34,588 nt of DNA from Fidelibacterota bacterium UBA1611 (GTDB taxonomy: Bacteria; Fidelibacterota; Marinisomatia; Marinisomatales; UBA1611). The stretch covers positions 2,078-36,665 of the forward strand of contig DCMX01000032.1 of NCBI GenBank assembly GCA_002321855.1, given 5' to 3'. Each line of letters starts with the position of its first letter. The stretch's first letter is position 1. The translations under genes and the position numbers were made by a program. The notes beneath the pieces were generated by a model. It saw only the letters and a list, made by a program, of their open reading frames with translations. It searched no databases and was not told the DNA's origin. This document shows positions 1 through 8,564 of this stretch, piece by piece.

Positions 1-1208
1 GTGACAAATACGAAGGTATGTTCGTAGATGGAAAAAGGGAAGGTCAAGGTATTTTCCATTATTCAAACGGTGACGAGTATATAGGGGAGTGGGTGAATAA
101 CATGAAAGAAGGTCAAGGTACTTTCAATTATGTAAATAGAGACAAGTACGTAGGTAGATGGAAAAACGATAACAGAAATGGTGCAGGTGTTTACACCTTT
201 AAAATTGGTAATATATATGTAGGTACTTGGAAGGACGGAAAGATAAATGGTTTAGGCATTTATGCCTTTGCGAATGGTAATAAGTACGAAGGTACGTTCA
301 TAAATGGGAAATTTGATGGTAAAGGTACATTACATTATTCAAACGGTGATCACTATACAGGCGATTATAAAGATGGTAATATGGATGGTCAGGGTGTATA
401 TGTCTCCAATAGTGGTAATAAGTATCAAGGTGATTGGAAAAACAATAAAAGGAATGGTCAGGGTGTTTTCACCTTTAAAAATGGAAATAAGTTCGAGGGA
501 ATATTTTTAAATGGAAATTCGAGTGTCCAGGGCACTTTTACTTTTGAAGATAAAAGATGTTTTTACAAAGGTGAGTTTAAGAACAATAATTTTCATGGAT
601 ATGGCACTCTATATATTAAAGATGGTGAAAAGTATGAAGGTGAATTTAAAAATGGTATTATGGAAGGAATAGGTACTTTCACCACCTCAGATGGTAACAT
701 TTATATAGGAGAATGGTTAGATAATAGTATAACGGGTCAGGGTACTTTAATTTATCCGAATGGTGATAAGTATATAGGTGAATGTAAAAAAAATAAGATG
801 AATGGAAAGGGTATTTATACCTTCGCAAATGGTAGTATATACGAAGGTATGTTTTTGGATGGAAAGTCAAATGGCCATGGTATTTACACCTATTCGAACG
901 GTGATATATATATAGGAAGATGGAAGAATGATAAAAGAACTGGGCAAGGTATTTACCATTTTGTTAATGGGAATAAATACGAGGGTGAATGGAAAAATGA
1001 TAAGAGAAGTGGTAAAGGGATATATACTTTCAGAAATGGTAACATTTATGAAGGTACGTTTTTGGATGGTAAGTTGGATGGTATGGGTACATACACTTAT
1101 TCAAATGGTGACAGGTATATAGGACAATGGAAAAATGATAAGATGGATGGGCAGGGTACTTACACTATTAATAAAGAAAGTATTTCTATTTGGGAACTAA
1201 ATCGATAA
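1..1208 (+). CDS. MORN-repeat protein, 5' end lies outside the window
   Basis: Frame 3 is open from the window edge. The codons before the listed Met at 18 read DKYEG, which is already a MORN core. There are 17 consecutive units of about 23 aa with the YxGxW/F..G...G.G signature (DEYIGEW, DKYVGRW, NIYVGTW, NKYEGTF ... DRYIGQW). Stop TAA at 1206-1208. Confidence 0.85.
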   Translation, partial: DKYEGMFVDGKREGQGIFHYSNGDEYIGEWVNNMKEGQGTFNYVNRDKYVGRWKNDNRNGAGVYTFKIGNIYVGTWKDGKINGLGIYAFANGNKYEGTFINGKFDGKGTLHYSNGDHYTGDYKDGNMDGQGVYVSNSGNKYQGDWKNNKRNGQGVFTFKNGNKFEGIFLNGNSSVQGTFTFEDKRCFYKGEFKNNNFHGYGTLYIKDGEKYEGEFKNGIMEGIGTFTTSDGNIYIGEWLDNSITGQGTLIYPNGDKYIGECKKNKMNGKGIYTFANGSIYEGMFLDGKSNGHGIYTYSNGDIYIGRWKNDKRTGQGIYHFVNGNKYEGEWKNDKRSGKGIYTFRNGNIYEGTFLDGKLDGMGTYTYSNGDRYIGQWKNDKMDGQGTYTINKESISIWELNR

Positions 1209-1271
1209 TAGGATTTTCACACTCCTTGGGTTTTGTATTTTATAGAATAATATTTAGTAAATTATAATGTA

Positions 1272-3107
1272 ATGAAGAGAACTATACTTTTCATTTTTTC
1301 ATTTTTTATTTCCATTGGATTTCCCCAATCCAGAGTCAATATAAATGTTCTTATTGAATATGATGGTAAAATGTATAAGCCTGATGAAAATGAACCATAT
1401 ACAGGTAAGGTTTTTGACGAATGGGAAAATTGGCAGACAAAGGAAGAGGGATTATACCGTGATGGACACAAAAGTGGACTGTGGAAGTCATGGGATGAGA
1501 ATGAGCAGCTAATAGCAAAAGGAATTTATAGGGATAACTTAAAACACGGAGTATGGATCGAGTGGCATATTAATGGTAAAAAGAACAATCAAGTGGTGTA
1601 TAAGAATGGTAAAAAAAATGGGAAATACATTCAATGGTATCAAAATGGGAAAAAACAGGAAGAATGTACCTATAAAAATGGAGCACGGAATGGTTTATAC
1701 ACATCTTGGTACAATAATGGAATTAAATCGATAACTGCCAACTATAAAGATGGAAAACAACATGGAGAGACTATATCACAGGATAAAAATGGAAACATTA
1801 TTAAACATGAAACATATAAAGATGGGGCATTCAATGGGAATTTAATCATTTGGTACCCTGATGGATCAAAGCAGGAAGAAGGAAGCTACAAAGCTGGGGT
1901 GCAGGATGGATCACATACACAATGGTACGAAAATGGGCAGAAAATGATTGCGGGAAATTACAGCGATGGCAGGTATGAAGGTTCGTGGACACAATGGTAC
2001 GATAATGGGCAGAAATTTTTAGAAGGATCTTACCATGATGATATGTTAACCGGCAAGTGGATACAATGGTTTCAGAATGGGAATAAGTATTTTGAAGGGG
2101 TTTACAATAAAAGCGATAAAGATGGACCTTGGATATATTATGCACCTAATGGAAAGGATAGCTCAAATCTGATTTATAAAGATGGTCAACCTCAGGATGG
2201 GGAAAAAACCGAATGGTACGATAATGGTCAAAAAGAGTCAGAGATTACTTATGTGAAAGGTAAAATAACCGGTTCAGTAATCCATTGGTACCAAAACGGA
2301 CAGAAAAAATTAGTAGAAAATTATAAAGATAATACATTAGATGGAGAATATACCAAGTGGAATGAGGATGGTAAAAAGTATTTAAAACAAGATTACAGTG
2401 CAGGAAATTTGGAAAAGGCAAAGAATTATAATTATTATGATCAGGGTCAGATTGAGTCGACTATTCAATATATATATGTAGGTCAAGGAGATAATCGCAA
2501 AAAAGAAAAAATAGTTACAAAATGGTCTGCTTCTGGTAAAATGATCGCCCAATATAAGGATGGAAAAATATGGAATGGAAAATCGATCACTTGGTGGGAT
2601 GAGAAGAACAATAAGAAGAAAGAAGAAATAACAATTTCCGATGGAAAGGTGGAAGGATTAAACACCGTGTGGTATAAAAACGGAAAGAAAAAGCAGGAAG
2701 GACTCTACAAAAATGGATTAATGGATGGGAAATGGATCTATTGGTGGGATAATGGTGTTTTAAAAGCTGAAGGATTTTTTCAGTATGGTGATGGGAAAAA
2801 TCTCCACAAAAATTTTGGAATTCCTATGAATGGTAGAACCGGAAAATGGACAGGATGGCATAAGAATGGTCAAAAATGGTGTGAAATAAATTTTAAAAAT
2901 GGGAAAAAACATGGATCCCATGTCAACTGGTACGAGAATGGAAAACAGGAATTAAATGGACAATATAAAGATGGAAAAAGTGTCGGGAATTGGACATGGT
3001 GGTACGAAGATGGATACCCATTTCAGGAAGGTAAATATCTACCGTCAGGGGAATTTGAAGGTTTATATTTTATAACTCCAAATATTCCTGCTGTTGAACA
3101 TTTGTAA
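1272..3107 (+). CDS. Secreted MORN_2 (YwqK-type) repeat protein
   Basis: N-terminal signal peptide MKRTILFIFSFFISIGFPQS. It is followed by roughly 20 units of the WYxNGQK..EG.YK.G...G type (QWYQNGKKQEECTYKNGARNG, QWYENGQKMIAGNYSDGRYEG, EWYDNGQKESEITYVKGKITG, NWYENGKQELNGQYKDGKSVG). No other domain is visible. Confidence 0.8.
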   Translation: MKRTILFIFSFFISIGFPQSRVNINVLIEYDGKMYKPDENEPYTGKVFDEWENWQTKEEGLYRDGHKSGLWKSWDENEQLIAKGIYRDNLKHGVWIEWHINGKKNNQVVYKNGKKNGKYIQWYQNGKKQEECTYKNGARNGLYTSWYNNGIKSITANYKDGKQHGETISQDKNGNIIKHETYKDGAFNGNLIIWYPDGSKQEEGSYKAGVQDGSHTQWYENGQKMIAGNYSDGRYEGSWTQWYDNGQKFLEGSYHDDMLTGKWIQWFQNGNKYFEGVYNKSDKDGPWIYYAPNGKDSSNLIYKDGQPQDGEKTEWYDNGQKESEITYVKGKITGSVIHWYQNGQKKLVENYKDNTLDGEYTKWNEDGKKYLKQDYSAGNLEKAKNYNYYDQGQIESTIQYIYVGQGDNRKKEKIVTKWSASGKMIAQYKDGKIWNGKSITWWDEKNNKKKEEITISDGKVEGLNTVWYKNGKKKQEGLYKNGLMDGKWIYWWDNGVLKAEGFFQYGDGKNLHKNFGIPMNGRTGKWTGWHKNGQKWCEINFKNGKKHGSHVNWYENGKQELNGQYKDGKSVGNWTWWYEDGYPFQEGKYLPSGEFEGLYFITPNIPAVEHL

Positions 3108-3160
3108 TTTTTTCATATTCTATTTTTTTGGGATTTTGTGTTATTATTAATGATATTCTC

Positions 3161-3691
3161 ATGAGAAACTTCTTCCTATTGTTATATCTGATTATTTCAT
3201 CTGTAAATGCTGGAAAAATTTCTCAGCACATTGTGCTTACTGCCCACACTCAGGAGTTCCTGTTATCTATACAAAATGTGCGTGAAGATTACATATCTAT
3301 ACAATTTTTAGTTTTTTCTCCTTTTCAAGGTATTTATGATATGAATTATAAAATGTTTGCAGACAGTCTTAGTGTTTTATATGATACATTATTACTAAGT
3401 AAGAAAACATTGCTTAAAAAGTTAAAACCAATAAATGATATTTCAGAAATTGAATTGAGATTTATTGACACTTTAGATACCTATGTAAGATTATTAGGTA
3501 ATACCATAGTTCAATTAAGATATATCTGTATGAGACTATATTATTATTCTAATGCGAGCAATTATTCCTTGAATGAATATTCAAAAGATATAGAAAAGTG
3601 GAGCAAGTTGTACAAGGAATATAAATTATATGGAAACAATATTAGTGCTCGTTTGCACGAATTCAATATTAGTGTACCAAGTTTTAATTAG
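3161..3691 (+). CDS. Hypothetical secreted protein (orphan, helical)
   Basis: ATG at 3161 gives a clean signal peptide, MRNFFLLLYLIISSVNA/GK. The TTG at 3128 listed in the ORF track adds 11 unlikely residues. No family motif recognised. Very AT-rich coding sequence. Confidence 0.5.
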   Translation: MRNFFLLLYLIISSVNAGKISQHIVLTAHTQEFLLSIQNVREDYISIQFLVFSPFQGIYDMNYKMFADSLSVLYDTLLLSKKTLLKKLKPINDISEIELRFIDTLDTYVRLLGNTIVQLRYICMRLYYYSNASNYSLNEYSKDIEKWSKLYKEYKLYGNNISARLHEFNISVPSFN

Positions 3692-3774
3692 TTTTAAATT
3701 TTTTAATCAAAACTGTTAGACCATTATTCACTAACTTACTTTTCGTTCCACGTTTTCATGAAAAGGAGCTTACA

Positions 3775-4113
3775 ATGCGTGCAAAATCTATCCACATAAT
3801 CATTTTAATTTTAATAATTATTCCTTGTCTTAAAGGCCAAAACAATATTTTCAAGGATCTTGAAAATCGAGTCAAACAATTAGAGGAAAAAGTTTTTGAT
3901 TTGGAACAAAAATCTATTGATACATTGATAGAATCAAGATGGCATAAGCTAAAGAAAAACATGAAAAAAAAAGATGTCCAGTCTACGTTTGGATTTCCAG
4001 ACAGGATAGGAAAATTTACCTATGGTGGTGAACTCTGGGGATTTTCAAATGCAATTTTAAGATTTGATAAAAATGGCAGTCTAGAATATTGGACAAAACC
4101 TTTACGTAATTAA
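3775..4113 (+). CDS. Small secreted protein with a coiled-coil segment and a BamE/SmpA-OmlA-like C-terminus
   Basis: AAAGGAG lies 7 nt upstream of the ATG. Signal peptide MRAKSIHIIILILIIIPCLKG/Q. Heptad-like stretch FKDLENRVKQLEEKVFDLEQK. The C-terminus WHKLKKNMKKKDVQSTFGFPD...ELWGF...ILRFDKNGSLEYW resembles the BamE fold signature (GM.k.qV...lG.P....W.Y....l.F..g.l). Confidence 0.6.
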   Translation: MRAKSIHIIILILIIIPCLKGQNNIFKDLENRVKQLEEKVFDLEQKSIDTLIESRWHKLKKNMKKKDVQSTFGFPDRIGKFTYGGELWGFSNAILRFDKNGSLEYWTKPLRN

Positions 4114-4155
4114 CTTGAATTTTTCCCGAGCTTGTTAGTGAACAACAAATTTTTT

Positions 4156-5019
4156 ATGATTGGTCAAATACTAGTCTTAACAGTTTATTTTGTCCTATTC
4201 TTATCATGTAGTCTCTTAAAGTTTCAACCTTCTTCTATCGATATTATTGCTAATGACTGGAGTGGGAAGGAAGTAATGTTTGCTGACGTAAGTGATCAAA
4301 TATTAAAAAAAACTAATATCAATCGCAGTTGGTCACCTTTGAACAGAAAACGAACTAGATCCTATTATAAATTTCAAAAAAGTAAGGCTACTGTAGTTGG
4401 TGATTACTTATTTGATGATTCTAAATATTTGGTTATTGAACTAAAACATAAAAAAAAATATAAACGTAAAAAATCACCTTTGGAGGAAAAATACACTACA
4501 CTACCGAATCACCTCTATTTGCTAAGTGATTATAAAAATGCAAAAGCAATGTTTGGAATCGATATTTGGTTAAACAATGTAGTTGATATTAGTAGTTTCT
4601 TCTCATATTCTGAAAAACTGTTCAAAAGATTTGAAAAAGTGAAAGTTGTAGATGTACATACTTATCAGAATGATGATAAAGATTGGCCATTGTGGCTGAT
4701 TATTGAATCAAAAGACGGTCAACGTGGAAATGTTCGATATAATGGTGCCAAAAAAACATTGGGGAGACAGAATTATTATTTTATTGAAGATCCACTACCG
4801 AAAAATTGGGGTCGTGATACTATTGCATTAGTGAGAAATGGTGGATTGGAAATAAACATGAGTAAGAAACAGGTCAGAATCTCTCAGGGCAATCCTGATA
4901 TTATTAATAATACTTCTAGTAGACATGGAATTGGGCAGCAATGGATATATGGTGATAGTCTTGGAGGAAAAACCTATTTGTATTTTGAGTATGGTGGACT
5001 ATCCTTTATTCAAGATTGA
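4156..5019 (+). CDS. Hypothetical lipoprotein with a BamE/SmpA-OmlA-like C-terminus
   Basis: ATG at 4156 gives MIGQILVLTVYFVLFLSC with lipobox L-S-C. The track start TTG at 4132 is an alternative. There is a basic KHKKKYKRKK stretch. The C-terminus INMSKKQVRISQGNPD...QQWIYGD...TYLYFEYGGLSFI repeats the motif seen in the preceding gene. Confidence 0.6.
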   Translation: MIGQILVLTVYFVLFLSCSLLKFQPSSIDIIANDWSGKEVMFADVSDQILKKTNINRSWSPLNRKRTRSYYKFQKSKATVVGDYLFDDSKYLVIELKHKKKYKRKKSPLEEKYTTLPNHLYLLSDYKNAKAMFGIDIWLNNVVDISSFFSYSEKLFKRFEKVKVVDVHTYQNDDKDWPLWLIIESKDGQRGNVRYNGAKKTLGRQNYYFIEDPLPKNWGRDTIALVRNGGLEINMSKKQVRISQGNPDIINNTSSRHGIGQQWIYGDSLGGKTYLYFEYGGLSFIQD

Positions 5020-5184
5020 TTAATACCAATATATAGGTTAATAGACATTACCATTGGAACAATTTTCTCATTTAAATATCAGTGTAAAAACATATAGTGA
5101 ACAAATTTATATTACTATTGTACCAATAAATAGATCAGGTATGTATTCAGTTATTAACAAGAATCGATCTTCTTTCAATAAATT

Positions 5185-7062
5185 ATGATTTTACATATGT
5201 TAATCGTGTTAGCATCTGTTGGGATTTTTGGGATTGTTCAAGCCCAGCTTGTTGAGCCTGATACGATTATTACCTATTATGATAGGTTCGATGTTGCCAT
5301 ATCTTTTTTTGAAAGAGGCAGGTACCGATTGGCTCAGAGTCATTTCCAGCATATTCTGACAAATGAAAAGGAATTTTACGATCCAGCAGCTCAATTGATG
5401 CTGGCCAAATCCCAATTTCGCCAAGGGAGATTATCTGACGCAGATCGCACTTGTCGATCTTTTCTAAACACATTTCCTAATAGTCCTTATGAACTTCACG
5501 CTCAAGCCCTTTTAGGGGATATATCGATTCTGAAAAGAGATTATTCAAGTGCCATGAATCGGTTTCTATCTATCCGACCATCAATAACAGATTCTCTGTT
5601 TCTGCTTGAGATCGATAACCGTATAGTATCTTGTATTTCTATTGGTGTGAGATCTGATCAAATCGAACAGATATTGTTTAATGAAACCAATGATATAAAT
5701 CGGGCAATCCTCAATTTAACTCGAGGATACAGATCAATACTGGATGGAGATAATTATGAAGCAAGATTGTCCATAGATGTCATTGAACGGAGTATACTTC
5801 CAATTCAGTATCAAGATATGTTTAATGCTTTAAACTTATATAAAGAGGACAAGGGATCATTCCAGGCAACTGTAGCTTTAATTTTGCCATTGACGGGTCG
5901 GCATAAAACCATAGGGCAAACTTTTCTAATGGGGTTGGCGGATATGGTAAACGACCACCAGCACGATATGACAGTTAATTTCCAAATTTATAATAATAGG
6001 AGTAATGACGTTAAATCACTGCAATTATTGAAAATGGTAAATTTAGACAGATCAATCATTGCGGCAATGGGTCCATTATCTAACAGATCTGCCATAGCCG
6101 CTGCAGGAATATTGGGTTCATTACCTATCCTGATTTCAAGAACGGATCTTCCAGATTTACCGCAAACTTCAGAAGATTTATTTCTTTTATCCCCGAGCCT
6201 TGAGATACAGGCTCGTTTTACGGCCCGTTATTTAGTAAATAATCTGCTACTAAAAAATATTGCAGTGATCGCACCAGGAGGTGATGAAGATAGGGCACAG
6301 GCAGATTATTTCCTTGATGAACTATACCAACTTGGTATAGATCCAGTTGCGGTAGAATGGTATCATGGTAAACCGGAAAATATTTCCAGGCAGTTTAGAG
6401 TCTTGCGTAAAACAGCTTGGAAATTACTACCTGAAATAAATCCAAATCAGGATGCACTGGATTTGGAGATTGATAGTTTGGATGCTCTGTTCGATGTTGA
6501 CGTAACGGACTTTTTTGAATTGCCAAAAGAGTCTGACGTGGAGACCATGAATCAAAGAGACTCTTCAAAAATCGTTCTGGAAACAATACATGCACTCTAT
6601 CTACCTATTAAAAATAACGAACTTGCTTATGTTGGGACACAATTACCCATGTATAACCTGAACACTCTGTTGGTAGGCAATGAGAATTGGTATGATTTTG
6701 ATGTACTGAATCAGGATGTTATTGGTCCACACGTTCAGGGATTGTCCATTCTCAGTTCTATGAGCCCAAGTGTTGGTATTAGCAAGAATGCCAATCTGAA
6801 TACATTCTATTCAATGGGCTATGATCAAGGAAAATTCGTGAATATGATTACCAGTCAAAGTTCCGGAAAACGCAGAATGTTTAAAGATTATCTAAGGAGG
6901 GGTATGCGATTTATCGGTAAGTCAACCGTGATTCAATTATCAGGGAAAGAGCGAAATGAAAATCAGCTTCTCCAAATATTGGAATATCATGGAAAGCAGA
7001 TGAAAGCGATTGGAATTTTTGATGGTAATACCCTTGTGAATTATAAAACTGGTCTACAGTAA
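5185..7062 (+). CDS. Periplasmic TPR plus type-I periplasmic-binding-fold protein (LpoA/LppC-like architecture)
   Basis: Signal peptide (M)ILHMLIVLASVGIFGIVQA/Q. TPR-like helices follow (FFERGRYRLAQSHFQHIL, AQLMLAKSQFRQGRLSDADRTCRSFLNTFPNSPY, AQALLGDISILKRDYSSAMNRF). A binding-protein-like region then starts at ATVALILPLTGRHKTIGQTFLMGLADMV. The coding call is secure; the functional call is only moderate. Confidence 0.55.
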   Translation: MILHMLIVLASVGIFGIVQAQLVEPDTIITYYDRFDVAISFFERGRYRLAQSHFQHILTNEKEFYDPAAQLMLAKSQFRQGRLSDADRTCRSFLNTFPNSPYELHAQALLGDISILKRDYSSAMNRFLSIRPSITDSLFLLEIDNRIVSCISIGVRSDQIEQILFNETNDINRAILNLTRGYRSILDGDNYEARLSIDVIERSILPIQYQDMFNALNLYKEDKGSFQATVALILPLTGRHKTIGQTFLMGLADMVNDHQHDMTVNFQIYNNRSNDVKSLQLLKMVNLDRSIIAAMGPLSNRSAIAAAGILGSLPILISRTDLPDLPQTSEDLFLLSPSLEIQARFTARYLVNNLLLKNIAVIAPGGDEDRAQADYFLDELYQLGIDPVAVEWYHGKPENISRQFRVLRKTAWKLLPEINPNQDALDLEIDSLDALFDVDVTDFFELPKESDVETMNQRDSSKIVLETIHALYLPIKNNELAYVGTQLPMYNLNTLLVGNENWYDFDVLNQDVIGPHVQGLSILSSMSPSVGISKNANLNTFYSMGYDQGKFVNMITSQSSGKRRMFKDYLRRGMRFIGKSTVIQLSGKERNENQLLQILEYHGKQMKAIGIFDGNTLVNYKTGLQ

Positions 7063-7748
7063 TGACTCAGAATAAATGGGACGATTACTCGTCAATATTT
7101 AACCATGATGATTTGACAGTAGCTTTTTCGAACCGCAATTTTTCTGTAGCAGGCAAATCAGGGCACATATCATTTGTAAGTGCTGTGGGTTTGGACCCAG
7201 ATAAATTAGCCTTTCCTAAGCAAATTCATTCTGGGCATGTGGAAATAGTATACCATCCGGGAATTTTTTCTAATACAGATGGCGTTATTAGTCCTGGTGG
7301 TTCTTTCAATTGTTCTGTTCAAGTTGCGGACTGTCTACCGGTCTTTCTCACGAACCCTAAATCGAGGACTGTGGGACTGGTTCACGCGGGATGGCGTGGA
7401 TTGGTTTTAAAAATTTTACCTAATACTATAAATTCAATTTTACAAATAGGTGAGAGTCTTAGTGACTTTACTATTGTGATAGGTCCATCGATACAAGCTT
7501 GTTGTTTTGAGGTTCGGAATGACATTATTGACCAGTTCGATCCAACTTTTTACATGAAAAATTCTAAAAATAGGTTTTCGGTGGACCTTCAGAAATGGGC
7601 TGTTCAACAACTGGTAGATTCGGGAATTATTCGGAGCCGGATCTTCCTTATTGACAAATGCACTTTTTGCAACCAGAATGAATACCATTCTTATCGTCGA
7701 AACGGCCCCAAAGCAGGACGAATGATTGCTATTATCGGTTGGCGATAA
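7062..7748 (+). CDS. pgeF: Peptidoglycan editing factor PgeF (YfiH/DUF152 family)
   Basis: Family motifs VQVADCLPVFL, GLVHAGWRG, CCFEV and CTFC...YHSYRR. The start overlaps the upstream stop as TAATG. Confidence 0.85.
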   Translation: MTQNKWDDYSSIFNHDDLTVAFSNRNFSVAGKSGHISFVSAVGLDPDKLAFPKQIHSGHVEIVYHPGIFSNTDGVISPGGSFNCSVQVADCLPVFLTNPKSRTVGLVHAGWRGLVLKILPNTINSILQIGESLSDFTIVIGPSIQACCFEVRNDIIDQFDPTFYMKNSKNRFSVDLQKWAVQQLVDSGIIRSRIFLIDKCTFCNQNEYHSYRRNGPKAGRMIAIIGWR

Positions 7749-7802
7749 AAGGTTTTCCTATGCTTACATCACATCTATATTTTGCCATTATTATTTTTAA
7801 CA

Positions 7803-8561
7803 ATGAATGTTTTAGACGCCATCATATTAGGGGCAATACAGGGATTTACAGAGTTTTTACCAGTTAGCAGTTCTGGGCACTTGGTCCTTGGACAATTCTT
7901 CTTGGGAATTAAACAGCCCGGTAATGAGTTTGAAGTTTTGGTTCATTTAGGTACCCTTTTTAGTGTTTTAATTATTTTTTTCGGCGATATTAAATCCATT
8001 ATTCTGAATATTTCAGATAAGAGAACGCATCACTTTCTACTATTTTTATTTATCGGAACTCTCCCCGCAGTTTTAATAGGATTTGGGTTCAAGGATTTCA
8101 TGGAAAACCTTTTTGAAAATCCAAAAGCTGTTAGTGGGGCATTATTATTTACCGGAATTATTTTGATGATTTCTGTTTTTTCCAAAAAAAACATAGGTGA
8201 TCGAACCTATCTACAGGGATTTGTTATAGGTTGTGCACAGGCCATCTCTATTATTCCAGGTATCTCTCGTTCCGGTATGACAATCTGTACGGCTTTATTT
8301 TTGGGCTTGAGTCCAAGTGAAGCAGCCCGGGTTTCGTTTTTATTGGCAATACCGACCATTAGTGGTGCTGGATTACTGACAGCTTTTGATATTCAAACAA
8401 ATTCAAGCTTATCGATAGATGTGGTTATAGGCGGATTTCTGAGTTCTTTTGTTATTGGGCTATTATCTCTTAAATGGTTCCTTGGGTGGCTTGAAAAGGG
8501 TAAACTACATTGGTTTGGATTTTACTGTTTTATACTTGGTACTCTAACATTGATATTTTAG
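7803..8561 (+). CDS. uppP: Undecaprenyl-diphosphate phosphatase
   Basis: N-terminus MNVLDAIILGAIQGFTEFLPVSSSGHLVL plus PGISRSGMTI, with multiple TM helices. ATG at 7803 is preferred over the track's TTG at 7782. Confidence 0.9.
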   Translation: MNVLDAIILGAIQGFTEFLPVSSSGHLVLGQFFLGIKQPGNEFEVLVHLGTLFSVLIIFFGDIKSIILNISDKRTHHFLLFLFIGTLPAVLIGFGFKDFMENLFENPKAVSGALLFTGIILMISVFSKKNIGDRTYLQGFVIGCAQAISIIPGISRSGMTICTALFLGLSPSEAARVSFLLAIPTISGAGLLTAFDIQTNSSLSIDVVIGGFLSSFVIGLLSLKWFLGWLEKGKLHWFGFYCFILGTLTLIF

Positions 8562-8564
8562 GTC

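Noticed and set aside
304-1122. Alternative-frame and antisense ORFs inside the MORN gene (304-510 +, 679-870 -, 928-1122 +). Similar ones lie inside the MORN_2 gene (1262-1471 -, 1846-2145 -, 2483-2665 -).
   Set aside because: Periodic repeat-coding DNA keeps other frames open by chance. The sense frames carry 17 and about 20 clean repeat units.
1263-1268. A perfect TATAAT hexamer upstream of the MORN_2 gene, considered as a -10 promoter element.
   Set aside because: It ends only 3 nt before the ATG at 1272, so transcription would start inside the coding sequence. Without a convincing -35 element at proper spacing, I do not call promoters here or in the other AT-rich spacers (5020-5184, 26489-26564).
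1272-3107. Reading the MORN_2 protein as a YwqK-type antitoxin or immunity protein, which would imply a toxin-immunity system.
   Set aside because: The protein has a signal peptide and is about 600 aa of repeats, whereas YwqK-type immunity proteins are small and cytoplasmic. No LXG, deaminase or other toxin gene is adjacent. The antitoxin label on this repeat family is an annotation carry-over.
3964-4458. A9 homopolymer tracts inside two adjacent secreted-protein genes (3964-3972 and 4450-4458), considered as possible phase-variation switches.
   Set aside because: Both simply encode Lys runs (KKK) in an AT-rich genome. Comparable A8 and T8 runs occur in housekeeping-type genes elsewhere in the window, for example near 785, 1613, 19425 and 25286. 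There is no evidence of length polymorphism from a single sequence.
5141-5188. A 15-codon upstream ORF (MYSVINKNRSSFNKL) whose TGA overlaps the ATG of the LpoA-like gene (ATGA).
   Set aside because: It has no usable SD, since AGG sits only 1 nt from the ATG. It is very short and lies in an AT-rich spacer where such ORFs arise by chance. It is worth a glance only if ribosome-profiling data exist.
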